From Octopus vulgaris (Eukaryota), in assembly GCA_951406725.2 (NCBI GenBank), contig OX597834.1, positions 13,020,001 to 13,084,000 on the forward strand: DNA of 64,000 bases, given 5' to 3'. Under the pieces are notes generated by a model, which saw only the letters and a program-made list of their open reading frames with translations, was not told the origin of the DNA and did not search any database. Position 1 is the first letter of the stretch. Each line of letters opens with the position of its first letter. The position numbers were made by a program, and so were the translations under genes. Below, in pieces: positions 1 through 14,054 of the stretch.

Positions 1-7
1 CAGCAAT

Positions 8-157
8 CTTCTTCAGGCCTTCGCCTACAAAATACACTCACAAGTCTTTGGCTTTCCAAAAACTTGTTATAGCACCTGACACTCGCCCAAAGCGCAAAGC
101 AGTGGGATTGAACCCTTAATCATTTGGGTGGGAAGCAAATTTGTTTACCACACAGCC
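8..157 (-). mobile_element. Degenerate 5' part of SINE family A
   Basis: Diverged match to family A head/body: cactcacaag...gcagtgggattgaaccc...ttaccacacagcc. Confidence 0.6.
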
Positions 158-1189
158 TCGATTAGTAGCAACGCATAAGTTCAATTTTCATTTCCAAAAT
201 TAGAAAGCTAATAACCTAAAGAGAGGGATTTGCGGAATACACTATTTTTTCCGCAAATACTTGCCCGTTGATCACTGCATAATTTTAACAGAAATCCCAT
301 ATCACTGGTTGACGTATCATATATTTAAACACGTTTATGTAAATATTCAATTAGTCTTTGGTGTATTAGTTGACGATTGCATGGTAAGAAATGTATTACA
401 CGACATATTTATCTAATGATAGAGCATCATTTTATATGAAATTAACCAAATCTAAAACGCATCATATCTTTATTGAAGAAAACGATGGACGATATAAGGC
501 TGTTATCAATGTTGCTATTATACTCAACGGGCACACTCGGATTGCTTTTGCCACTCGACCTGCTGCATGGGGAATTGCCTGCAGCTAAAAATCGACAAGA
601 CAACTAGATAACAATGGAAGTTTACTATTTTCTATTTCTGAGCGACATTTGACATGAAAAATTAGAATCTATTTATACGCTCGAAATTCTAGTCCGCAAG
701 CGGAGAAAAATCATAACGCTATTTACCGAGATGACGTCGTAAATCATCTCCTCTAAATTACGTCCGTACAACACTTCAGATGAGTACTTATAATTCAGTT
801 AATAAATAAATAACTCAGAAACTAGTGAAACTACTTATAAATATGTGACAATCAACGAAAATGAATGACTATGATATGGTAAAAATTACTGACAGTTGAG
901 AAATGAATAATTAATAGAGTGCACAAAAATCAGATTGTTAAAAATATAAATGAATTCGTCAAGGAAATGCTAAATCGATTACATTATATCAGATTCTATG
1001 AAAAGTTGGTCATCAAATGGGTGTCAAATATATTACTATTTATTCGATAAACATACCTCTAATGAGTGTGAAGAACGGTCAGGCAGGAATAAGTTCATGT
1101 GACGATGTAGTAGTTCATAGGTCACTTACCTAGAAACGAATAAAAAAAATTATTACTAAAATTATTATTATAAGTCGTATATATATATA

Positions 1190-1230
1190 TATATCTGAAG
1201 AAGGAATTTTATATTCCGAAATATCATATA
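1190..1230 (+). ncRNA. Minimal type-I hammerhead ribozyme motif (PLE-type), canonical core
   Basis: TATAT-CTGAAGA-A-GGAAT(tttat)ATTCC-GAAA-TATC^-ATATA: full core, 5-bp stem II, palindromic stem III (ATAT), AUC cleavage triplet after 1225, stem I TATAT/ATATA. Confidence 0.7.
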
Positions 1231-1487
1231 AGACTAAGAATGATTAAATTGCAACAGTTAAATTATAATAGATCATTGTTGTTATTATAGAGCATTGTTT
1301 TGCCATTCAAACCCCCCCTCCTTTATATATACAAGATGATTCGAAAACGCTCACACTCACTAGCAAACATCTTCTTCTAAAATTGTTCGTAACATGTCAT
1401 TACACGAATTTACAACGTTTTAAGATATTTTTTAATAATTCTCTTTATACATAAAAAATCTGCTTTAAGCAATTTTCTCAAAGATTT

Positions 1488-1521
<34 letters not shown>

Positions 1522-1523
<2 letters not shown>

Positions 1524-1676
1524 CGGGAAGCTTTATGAAAATAAACAAAAGACGAAGGCAGGTGGAGTACAGACAAACAATTGTATTAGTATGGCGCTCA
1601 GGAATATATATAAAACAAGTCTTTTACGTTTCGAGCCTAACTAACACGGAGAGAAACATGGAGAGAAAAAAATATG

Positions 1677-1680
<4 letters not shown>
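1522..1680 (-). mobile_element. Family G short PLE-like terminal fragment with 3' half of a hammerhead
   Basis: Homologous to 56960-57133 and 31950-32110; minus strand reads GCTCGAAACGTA^AAAG; flanked by (TA)n on both sides. Confidence 0.6.
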
Positions 1681-1860
<180 letters not shown>

Positions 1861-1880
1861 CATATCTATATGAATATTTA

Positions 1881-2160
1881 TCTTTTACACGTTTCAATCA
1901 TAATACTGCGGCCATAATACTGCGGAAGGCTTAGTTGTACGAATCAAAACGAGGACTAATTACTTACTTTTCTATTATTTTATAGAATGGCACTTATTCT
2001 ATCACTACTTTGACCGAACCGTTCGGTTTCAGTGACTAAACATGTTAACCCTGATTGTCAAACAATCTTGAGAGACGGACACAAAAACGTAAACTCACAG
2101 AGACACACAGACACAGACACAGGCACACACAGACACACACACACACACACGCACACACAC
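1881..2160 (-). mobile_element. Old degenerate SINE family A, 3' half
   Basis: tcttttacacgtttcaatca..actgcggccat, cttattctatc..ccgaaccg, and the internal (CA)n tract resemble family A. Confidence 0.5.
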
Positions 2161-2490
2161 AGAGTTTTATACGTCGAAATAACAGAAACTAGAAGGCATA
2201 AAAGGAGAAGAGAAGCGCAAGATAAATTTTATGAGCATGACACTCAAAGACGCTCTAACATGTTCAGAAATTTATGTCAAAAGGAATCTTGCTTCGTATC
2301 GCTGATTGATAACCTCCATCTTGCAGAATGTTCTCCTTACACTACAAGCCGACATATCTGGTAGAAAGGTTCCAGTTTTCATGCTTTTCGTTATAGAGCG
2401 TATTTGAATGCAGAGAAAGACATGGGTGTACAAATATAATTTTTGCTTGAAGTATGTGATTTGGGAACGGAAATTAGCGTCACCATCATA

Positions 2491-2885
2491 TCTTTATATA
2501 TAAAGGACAAGTTGCGTGTCTGTCTCCGACGATTTAGATTCCTAACTACTCCCATATTTTCCGGTGCAGTTTAACCAAAACCGGGTATCTTATAGTTGTG
2601 ATTCATATCGAGCCCTTCTGGGTATTAGCGCGTGTCTACGATGATTCTACGATTTGAAAAAAAATAACCATCATTTTTTCCATTTTAAGGCATTTTTCCG
2701 CTATTATATAAGGGAAGTAACTCTCTAAAAATGTCTACGATGAGTAAACGATTTAAAAAAAAATTTCCATCATTTTTTTTCCATTTTTAATGCATGTTTT
2801 TGCTATTTTTTGGCTATAACTCTCTAAAAATGCTTATATAGTTATTTCCCTTACAAACCCGAGCAACACCGGGCGATACTGCTAG
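2491..2885 (+). mobile_element. Non-autonomous Helitron
   Basis: Begins TC after A and ends CTAG before T; subterminal hairpin cccgagcaacaccggg; no TSD; near-identical copy at 49666-50061. Confidence 0.85.
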
Positions 2886-3262
2886 TACCCAATAATCTGA
2901 CAATGCGTCCAGGAAAAACAGACTTTTATTTTTAATGTTTCCGGTTTTTCGAGGTAAATTTATGAAATATCAAAAAGCGTACGAGCGTATTTATCTGATG
3001 TTTACTTTAAACTCAAAGATTTATGTGAACAACCATTGGTGTGTTCTAACAAAGCAGTTCTGTACTGTATCTCTATATTTCGCACTTCTCGAAAAGCACT
3101 TGATACTATGACGCCTGTTGCGATATTCCTTGCGCCAAACTTTGACAAAGGGTTAGTGTAAGATGGCTGTCTCTCTCATGCGAAGACCCTTAATATGTTT
3201 ACGTCTAGCTGAGCTTTTAAAAGAATTCTTATGTGGCATCAGCTCTGCCACTAGTTGTTTAT

Positions 3263-3361
<99 letters not shown>

Positions 3362-3398
3362 TATTAGAAGGTTTGGAGATGATGTTCAGGTATTTTAT

Positions 3399-4009
3399 AT
3401 TAGAAGAAATGAGGTACTCAGAAATTCGGATGGTTTTATATTTACAGATATTTATTTGTATATTACATGATTTTATACATCATATAACTTAGATCATGTA
3501 CTAGCACTTTCTCCCATTCTAGTGGGGGTTTTCTAATCGAACTGAAAACCCCACTAGAATGGGAGAAAGCGCTAATATATGATATATGATATAAGTTATC
3601 ACCGTGATCACCGTGACCGACCAGGCTATCAAATGTTGCTGCACATCGCTGGTCACAATGCGCTTCGCATCGTTTTAGCCTTCAAATGACGACACCCCGC
3701 TGGCTAAGCGAGCAGGCCAACAAAAGAAAGAGTGAGAGAAAGTTGTGGAGAAAGAGTACAGCAGGGATCGCCACCACCCCCGGCCGGAGCCTCGTGGAGC
3801 TTGAGGTGTTTTTGCTCAATAAACACTCACAACGCCCGGCCTGGGAATGGAAGCCGCGATCCTATGACTGCGAGTCCGCTACCCTAACCACTGGGCCATT
3901 GCGCCTCCACATGATATAAGTTATATGATGTATAAAAACATGTAATATACAAATAAATATCTGTAAATATAAAACTATCCTAATTTCTGAGTACCTCATT
4001 TCTTCTAAT
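3399..4009. mobile_element. Fold-back (palindromic) element, PLE-like, interrupted by a SINE
   Basis: Left arm attagaagaaatgaggtactcagaaatt... is the reverse complement of the right arm ...aatttctgagtacctcatttcttctaat; axis near 3535-3543; degenerate HHR CTGAAAA-CCCCA..TGGGA-GAAA-GCGCTA at 3542-3574. Confidence 0.75.
3600..3910 (-). mobile_element. tRNA-derived SINE family C, alternative-tail variant (resembles octopus OR1/OR2)
   Basis: Head gtggaggcgcaatggcccagtggttagggtagcggactcgc shared with the other C copies; 3' part differs; 14-bp TSD atgatataagttat at 3586-3599 and 3911-3924. Confidence 0.9.
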
Positions 4010-4586
4010 TTTATCCCTGCTCACCGCATACATAATACGCCATCATATATGAAAATAAATCTAGTTTGTTGAATGCATAGTTGTATTTCCTTTTATTTAT
4101 CATATCTTCTGACGTTTCCACATGAGCAAAAATATACAGGAGCACTGATCTTGCATCCAATATGTCTGAAAATTATAAGTTCTATATTTCAGGACACATC
4201 AGTCGTATTATTCATTCATTAATAATCACGGTAATCACTCAGTAGGATTAGGTCTCTTCATTCTATTCATTTCACTGACATTTCGCTGACTGACAAAAAG
4301 TTTAGCCAGTTATTTGACTTTGTGTAAGCTGCTAAAACTTCCATATGAATTTGCGCAACTACGAATGTTTTATATATTATTCTTTTTTTAATATTAAATG
4401 CCGTTTCAAAACATTATTTTTGGAAACTTTCTTAGATTTTAAGGTCGGTTTTGATGACACCGTCTGGGTATTTAAACATTTATTTTCTGTATTTTCGCCT
4501 ATCTTAGCATCACATCTACATTAATGATACATACACGGACACATACACACTCAAGCTCAAACACATTCACACATACAGACATATAA

Positions 4587-4636
<50 letters not shown>

Positions 4637-4705
4637 GTGTGTGTATATATTGTTCATATTATCTATACATAGGATCATAAGTTCGTATCTCCATATATAT
4701 ATATG

Positions 4706-4755
<50 letters not shown>

Positions 4756-4776
4756 AATATATATATACTTATATAT

Positions 4777-4876
<100 letters not shown>

Positions 4877-5199
4877 TAATAATAATATATGTGCATGTGT
4901 GTGTGTGCGTGTGTACGCTTCAGTGAGTGCATATGTATTTGCCTCCATGTATGTAAGCAGGTGTAGATGGAAGTTTCTTGCTAAAATAGTGGACTAAATA
5001 ATGTGGTTAACAGACACAGAGGGTTTTGTACTTTAAAAGTAAAAGTATAACTAAATAACTCTAAGTACTTAAACGGTTTTCAGTGCTTCTCCATTTCACA
5101 TGCAAAAATAAACACGCAAAAGGAAAAGATGGAGGACGCAGAGGAGATGCAATAGACAACGACAACAAAGAACAGATCACAGGTAGCAAGATAAAGAGA

Positions 5200-5545
5200 A
5201 TGATGATGATGATGATGATGATGATGCTTATGGCGATGATGATGATGATGTACAAAATAAATAAGGAGGTGGGAATGGCGAACGGAAATAATAAATAATA
5301 GAAAAGAAAGTACGAAGTAGAAGAGGAACTAGTAGCAGTTTATATGTGAGTAGTGGGAGGAGTAGCCGTGAGTAGTAGTAATAGTAGTAGTAGTAGTAGT
5401 GGTGGTTGTGGTGGTGATTGTGGTGGTGGTGGTGACGTCAAAAGGAGCAGAAGAAACAAGGGGGGAAGAAGAGGAAGAAGAAGAAGTAGAAGAAGAAGAA
5501 GAAGAAGAAAAAGAAGAAGAAGAAGAAGAAGAAGAAGGAAAAAGA

Positions 5546-5612
<67 letters not shown>

Positions 5613-5930
5613 ACTAGGTGGAGGAAAAGAAGCGGAAGACGTAGAGAAAAAGATGGAGAAGAAGAAGAAAAAGAAGAAGGAGAAGAAGAAGAAGAAGAAG
5701 AAGAAGAAGAAGGAGAAGGAAAAGAAGGAGAAGGATGACGAATATGAAGTAAGAGGAGAAGGATGAGCAGTGGAGAACAAGGTGGGGAAGATGAGAAGAA
5801 GAAATTGAAGAAGTAGTAGAGAAAGATGGAGGGGAAGAAGAAGAAGAAGACGGAGAAGAAGAAGGTGAAGAAGACGAAGGAGAAGAAGAGGAGGAGGAGG
5901 AGGAGGATGGATAAGAAGAAGATGAAGGCA
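5200..5930. repeat. Compound trinucleotide tract (GAT/AGT/GGT/GAA/TAA/GAG), strongly purine-skewed
   Basis: Directly visible; source of the low-complexity ORFs 5340-6055. Confidence 0.9.
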
Positions 5931-6413
5931 TGGAAACAAAAGTACAAAAGGATGGAGTTGAAAAAAAAGAAGAACAACAGAGAAGAAGCTTTATCAATGA
6001 TGAATGAACAATGATCAAACGAATCTGCATATATTTTGCGACTGATTATTTTCATTTCGACTCTTCATAATAACAAGAAATGATTCATGAAGGAGAAAAC
6101 ATAAATAATAATAAAAAGAAGCAGAAATAACACCAAAAAACAAAGCGATATAGTGAAATCGATAACGTCAGATAATTCTTTGGAGACGGCGTCTGCATTT
6201 AGGTGTTAATTATCGGCAATAAATATTTTGATGAAAATAAATTAATAGGAGCAATAAATTATGAATAAACCAATAAGCGAATGATAATAAAGAAAAAGGT
6301 AAATATATTCTATCACCATTAAAACATCAAATAGATAAGATAAGATAGGATTGTGTATATATATGCACACAAACACAAACGCACACACATATATATACGT
6401 ATATATATATATT

Positions 6414-6491
<78 letters not shown>

Positions 6492-6608
6492 CATATATAT
6501 ATACATACATATATATATATATATATATCATTTTATGCATATGCGCGTACATAGCTTGCATATATATACACTACACATGCATGCATACATACAACCACAT
6601 GCACACAC

Positions 6609-6646
<38 letters not shown>

Positions 6647-6725
6647 GTGTATATATATGTATATATATATCTAAGACGAAGACAGATGTACTAAACAGAT
6701 ATATATATATATGTATATATATCTA

Positions 6726-6837
<112 letters not shown>

Positions 6838-7208
6838 TTTATGCATACGCGCGTACATATGTATATAAGTGTAATTACATATCGACACGCGCATGCACAT
6901 ATATACTTATATGTATATATGACTGTTTTTACACACACAGACACATATTTGTATCTGTGATAGAGTTATAGACGGACACTATGACTTCCATGCTTAATAT
7001 AACAGGAGGTGGTGAGAAAACTATATATGACACCACAAGAAGGAATAGTCATAGAATGTTTCGTTTCCCACCTGCAACACCTATTTACGTCAGACATCCT
7101 CTCACACGTTTCTGTGTATCTTTCCGATGAAGATATTTATAGAAGCCTACCTATACATACAACACAGAAATCCACATTCTCATATGCCTTCGATATATAT
7201 ATATATAT

Positions 7209-7377
7209 ACGACGAGATACTTTCAGTTTCAGTTTCCGTCTAACAAATCCACTCACAAGGCTTTGGTCGACCCGAGGCTATAGTAGAAAACACTTGCTGA
7301 AGTTGCCACGCAGTGGGACTGAACCCGGAACCATGTAGTTGATAAAACAAGCTACTTACCACACAGCCACTCCTGCC
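7209..7377 (-). mobile_element. SINE family A, 5' half (tRNA head)
   Basis: Minus strand ggagtggctgtgtggtaagtagcttg...ccgggttcagtcccactgcg (A and B boxes); ends at the internal (TA)n. Confidence 0.85.
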
Positions 7378-7381
7378 ATTC

Positions 7382-7468
<87 letters not shown>

Positions 7469-7789
7469 CGCACATATATATATGTATATGTTTACATATA
7501 TTCATACACATACACACGTACCAATTCACACACAGACATATGTGTGTATGTGTGTGTGAGTGTATATAAATTTTATTGGTGCATCAATACGACGAATGTC
7601 TTATTAATTGCATTGTACACTGGAACAATGGCAACGAAGACCAATTAGTGCATTTATTAACTCTCGTAAACAAACACAATTGTTTACAATTCATTTGATA
7701 TGTACTTGGCCGCTAATAGGAAGAGATAGATTTTGAATAATACACAGAACGCACACAGATGTATAAAGACGAACAACGTATTACACAAG

Positions 7790-8250
<461 letters not shown>

Positions 8251-9078
8251 GATATATACATTTGCATGTGGAATCACTCCATACTATGGCAGAAATTAGC
8301 TGAACTGTGTTTATTGGTATTCATTAAGCCGAAATTTTCAATTAAATTGAAATATCAAAAATATATTACGCAATATATAGATATTACAATGAATTTAATT
8401 ATTATTAGCCAAAAATCATTATGAATCTGACAACTATTGATGTCGAAGCCACGTTTTAAATCAACGTGGAAACTTAAATTTAACATTATACTTACTATAG
8501 TGTCTATCTGTTAGAAATTTTAGATTTGAGATGCTAACATTGCTGACCAAAAAATGTATTTAAATGTTGAAAATTCGATGATTTGCAACCGTAGTATATA
8601 TTCTTGAAAATTATTGAAGTAATTTATTTCTAACTGTGTATTATGTGGTAGAATATAAAAGAAAGTTACTTCGTATTATCCATGGTGTTGTTTTAGATTT
8701 TGTTCTTTTACAGATCTCTCTTTCGGCATCCATGGAAGTGTATCAGTTATTAAGTTCGTCAAGGGAATAGGGACTAAGTAGTGAATTATTTGGTAAACTA
8801 TAATGAGGGTTCTGCAACTTATTGCTGAGTAGCCTACACACATGATTTCTTTATAGAGTTCAAGGTTTCAGGCTGTGCACGAATTAGAGCTTGCACCAAA
8901 GCATGATTGCCTGTACAGATACACAATATACCACACGTCAAATACTAAAGTGGCCACAGGCGGATTTGTCCGAGAGTGGAAACCCGTTCTTTCATTGGTA
9001 AGTGTAACACCTAGGACACACACTTTCACAGGTACTATACTGAGCTGTAATTTGTGAACCATCATACAACAGATTAAT

Positions 9079-9447
9079 CTTTTACTCTTTTACTTGTTTC
9101 AGTCATTTGACTGCGGCCATGCTGGAGCACCGCCTTTAGTCGAGCAAATCGACCCCAAGGCTTATTTTTGTATGCCTGCGGAACCGCTAATTTACGGGGA
9201 CGTAAACACACCAGCATCGGTAGTCAAACGATGTTGGGGGAACAAACTCAGATATATAAACATATACATACGCACACATATATAGACATATATACGATGG
9301 GCTTCTTTCAGTTTCCGTCTACAAACTCGACTCACAAGCCTTTGGTCGACTCGAGGCTATAGTAGACGACAATTCCCCAAGGTGTCACGCAGTGCGACTG
9401 AACCCAGAACCATGTGGATAGTAAGCAAGCTACTTACCACACAGCCA
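9079..9447 (-). mobile_element. SINE family A (internal deletion)
   Basis: Tail (ctttta)n cttgtttcagtcatttgactgcggccatgctggagcaccgcc through to head ttaccacacagcc. Confidence 0.9.
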
Positions 9448-10027
9448 ATTAATTTCCCAAAAACCTCAATACAGAATTTATTGTATTTTTTTGCACATAA
9501 CCATTAATACGATTTCAAGGAAAACTTTGATATTTTACAAAAACACATTTTGAGTAAATTGTAATGGAAAATATTTATTTCATTGCCTATTGACAGTTTA
9601 ATGGAAATGTTCTCTAATGTATATCATTGCACTTTAGAAACATACTTAAGAAAAATATACTACCTAAATGTCGGTACACGTGCATGGCCACAGTTTTTGT
9701 GAGGTAACATTTATATGAGAAACTTTAACAAGTGATCTTTCCGAGATATATTTGGTGAAATTTGTAAGTTTCGAATTACATTACAATCGTTGTTAGTTCG
9801 AAGATTACTTATATTCACGCACTAGGTTAAAGAAAAAACAGTTGATAAGAACATAGTTGCTTAAACTCCAAGATCTTTACAGCGCTGGTTAGAATAGTTT
9901 GGGTATTTGAATTTATTTGCGAGTTGTGCTCCGGCTTCTGAGAGAAAACTTTTCAAAATCTCTGAATATATTCCAAATAAAACATGCGTGGACTCCTGAC
10001 CTTGTTGCTTTTGTATATATTGTCCAC

Positions 10028-10091
<64 letters not shown>

Positions 10092-10137
10092 GTACCTATC
10101 TATCTATCTACCTACCTATCTATCTATCTATCTATCA

Positions 10138-10172
<35 letters not shown>

Positions 10173-10174
10173 AT

Positions 10175-10212
<38 letters not shown>

Positions 10213-10215
10213 GAT
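10028..10215. repeat. (TATC)n microsatellite
   Basis: Directly visible. Confidence 0.95.
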
Positions 10216-10807
10216 CTATTTATATATTCATCTATCTACTCACCTAAGAATATACAAGTACTTCAAGCCAATTGGTAACTGGTTGGTATAGCAAACACTA
10301 AACAAAATACTTGTGCAGATCAACAGAAAATCAATTGATCTAAAAACATGGAGATTATGATGACGTAAGCTTCCTCGCTGCCAAGAGATCCTACACTAAT
10401 TCTGTTCACTTACGTTAATTGGATAAATTAAGGTATCATTTTTCCTAAATTTGGATGCAATTCAATTATAGAAGTGTAATGAACGTTGCTGATAATATAA
10501 TTTATTCTCTTTCCTTGTTCATCAGCACTTTAAGCGTTCATTGTAATTTGTTTTAAAATATAATGCGGATTATATGTGAAGAAATTACTCCTTTATCCAG
10601 GTACATGGATTAAAAAAAAACAATAATCTGGAAATGAAGAAAATTGCACATCAGATTACTTATACGATTATATGTATTTATCTATGAGAATATGCATAAA
10701 CACGAGATGGTTCACCCTCGTACACACGTAAGTATATGTATATATAATAGTCTGTCTATCTAGATATCTATCTGTCACTCTCTCTCTCTCTGTATATATA
10801 TATATAA

Positions 10808-11291
10808 TGACATGCATAAGATTTGGTCATCAAATCTAAGTAGAGACTTCAAACTTGAAATCTTCAAAGCCACAGTCGAACCAATTCTACTATATGGCTC
10901 AGAAACCTGGACGTTATCAAAGAAGCTTGAGAGGCGGTTGGATGGAACCTACACTCGCCTCCTTATGAGAGCTCAAAATCCCTCGTGGCGGCGCCATCCA
11001 ACCAAAATGCAAATATATGGGAAACTACCACCTGTGTCATCTCTTGTGAAAGGTAGGAGAGTCCAGTTTGCTGGACATTGTTGTAGAGCTGAAAAAGAAG
11101 TAATTTCTACTCTTCTCCTCTGGAAGCCATCTACTCGCAATACCAGAGGGCGCACACTCTCCTACCCTGAAGTAATCTCCAGGGATACAGGCATCCAGCA
11201 ACAGGACCTCCGTAATGTCATGATGGACCGTGAAGTCTGGCGTAGCATGGTAAATCCCATTGTCTCTACCACGGTCGAACAATGATGATGA
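10808..11291 (+). mobile_element. 5'-truncated RTE-clade LINE, RT C-terminus and tail
   Basis: ORF 10812-11285 has the RTE-type motifs 'FKATVEPILLYGSETWTL', 'RRVQFAGHC' and 'MDREVWR'; stop is followed by a (TGA)n tail; sits in (TA)n. Confidence 0.9.
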
Positions 11292-12919
11292 TATATATAT
11301 ATATATATATATATGTATAGATAGATATATATCTACATGGTCGTATGCGTCCGAGGAGAGCGGTTTATTTCATACTGATGTTAAGGTTGCATAAATCGAT
11401 TAAACGGAGCCGCATGAAACGGCCGTAATTCACTGTTAACTGCACATCTTCTATAATTATTTCCATTTTATTCGCTTGACTTCGAAGTATGCGGACAATA
11501 CCAGGCTGATTTGGTGCCTCAACTTCGGTGCCTAATTCAGCTGAATATTAATTATTTGGTAGAGACTATTCTCGCAATATGTCGAATTTCCTCTGACTAC
11601 CGACAAACACGTGTTGCTCCTACCTTAATTATAATACGGTTAGTATCGTTTATGCATACATTCATGTGTGTATGTTTATGTGTGTGTGCGTATGTGTGTG
11701 TGTGTGTGTGTGTGTGCTTACGTGCGCGAGTGCGTGCCTGTATACGTATAAATTATGTGTAGGTATATGTCGAAGAATTGGCGATTTTCCCTGAATTGGC
11801 ATATATTCCAAAGACTATGCTCACTACTTTATACCCTCCATCTAATTACTTAATTCCGTCTAATTTGAGGATTAGTTCAATGTAAAATGGGGAATAATCC
11901 AACTTCTGCAACTGATAATTAATTCGATAAGGCGTCACATGCCTAATCGTGTAAAGTATAATCTAATGATGTGAGTTTTTTTTTTTTACTACATTATCTT
12001 TGAATATTCATAATTTACAGGAAAGGATATAACCGCTAAGATGTAATTATTATTTTAGTAACGTGGCATGGATTTCAAAGCAGACGATACATTGTGGTTA
12101 GAAGTTTGCTTCCCAAGTATTACGGTCGATTCGCTAAAGTTAAGCATGTGCCATGACAGAAATGATTGAAAGATAAAAGAAACTTAAAGATTGTTTGAAG
12201 ATAATAAATTTCAAAAGGACAATTTAATTTGTTGTCTAACTATTACGCCTTCTGCGAATTATTTTTCCCTTTTTTTGTGAACGACACATTTGATTCTATA
12301 AGAGTTTCTGAATGAACGATTATCGATTTTTTTCCTACTTAACATTTTTTGGTATGTTATGAGGGCCAAAAACAAACATAGTTATTGTATACGTGTGAGA
12401 TTTGCTTTTTTTATTAAACAAATATATTTTACGTTTGTTTTGTTTACGTATCAACACATAGCACAACAATTTAATTTTTTTATTATAATATATATTTCTT
12501 TTTCAATAGACATATACATATTTGCCCATCCTTTATATTCCATCGGTTCCATAACCATCCATGTTATTGAAGCAATTATATTCCGGCATCAAATATACAA
12601 TAAAGATAAACACAATGTCTAGGTGACTTTGAGAAACACGAAGTCTTAGTAGCAGTCATTCATCACATAATACGCTTTAGCCCTTCGGAGACCAAGTTTA
12701 GCAGCGTCTTGTTTACTTGGAGTAGGAATTATATTCAAGTGATGAGGAATATAATAGCTGGTAAAAAAGAACAGAAATAGATATACACACGCATATGGTG
12801 AATCGGATTTAAACATAATATATATATATATGCATATAAACATCATATATATATATATATATATATATAAATATATGAGGATATACAAATATACATACAT
12901 ATATCTATATATATACATC

Positions 12920-12979
<60 letters not shown>

Positions 12980-12984
<5 letters not shown>

Positions 12985-13135
12985 GGGTGAATAAAATGTC
13001 TCCATGTACAGGAAAGAAATATATCTTTTTAATAAGAAACATCTCATAAGATTCCCTAGATATCCTGATCCTACCCCTCTTGATTTCTATATTTGGGGGC
13101 ATTTGAAAGGCATAGGAGTATCGCAGAAAGATAAA
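12980..13135 (+). mobile_element. Tc1/mariner-superfamily DNA transposon relic
   Basis: TA-CAGGGGTG terminus, then '[18 protein letters not shown]', which matches the WPxxSPDLxPLDFxxWGxLK transposase motif. Confidence 0.7.
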
Positions 13136-13149
13136 AGACACACACACAC

Positions 13150-13500
<351 letters not shown>

Positions 13501-14054
13501 TATACAGACATCCATTGAAACCTTCCTTCCTTCTCTAATTCGGTTTGAATATGTTCAGATTCACTTTTTTTTCAAGCGATTATGTATGAACTTTCACTGC
13601 CTGGTGAAAAGAAGCAGATTAGCTGCACGACCTCCTGATAAAACATGTCATTCGCTGCTATTAAAACATCCGATGATTCAACAAAACGGTGATATTGTGT
13701 TTACATTGATTGTATGTTTGGAGTTGGTGTTGAATCTTCTTCACTATAAATATGTTTATAATCTTGAAGCGATGTAAAGCGAAATTTATGAATACGATAT
13801 TGTTGCGCTATGTTTTCATAAGAAAACATTATCATAAACGATTCGTGTTTGTTAACGGAGATATATTTCTGAAGTATTCAATATTTTTCTCTGTCGGCAA
13901 TGCCTTACTCGCTTGCGCGCACACGCACGTTCTGATGGATAAGTTGCCATTATAACGATAACGAACGTTGTAAAACTTTCTTCACATTAAATGTGGCGTT
14001 GTCAAAAAAGCGTCTATACGTAGCATAAAATTTCGCTAATTTTCAAAACAATCA

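Noticed and set aside
7045-7095. Minus-strand CTGACGT...GAAACATTC hammerhead remnant
   Set aside because: Core is mutated and stem II is unconvincing.
8700-9003. Possible plus-strand exon (ttttacag acceptor at 8713, GTAAGT at about 8998)
   Set aside because: All three frames stop shortly after the acceptor; cannot be supported without transcript data.
12520-12775. Possible minus-strand exon after a pyrimidine tract and CAG
   Set aside because: Only a short unrecognisable peptide; no convincing donor site or homology.
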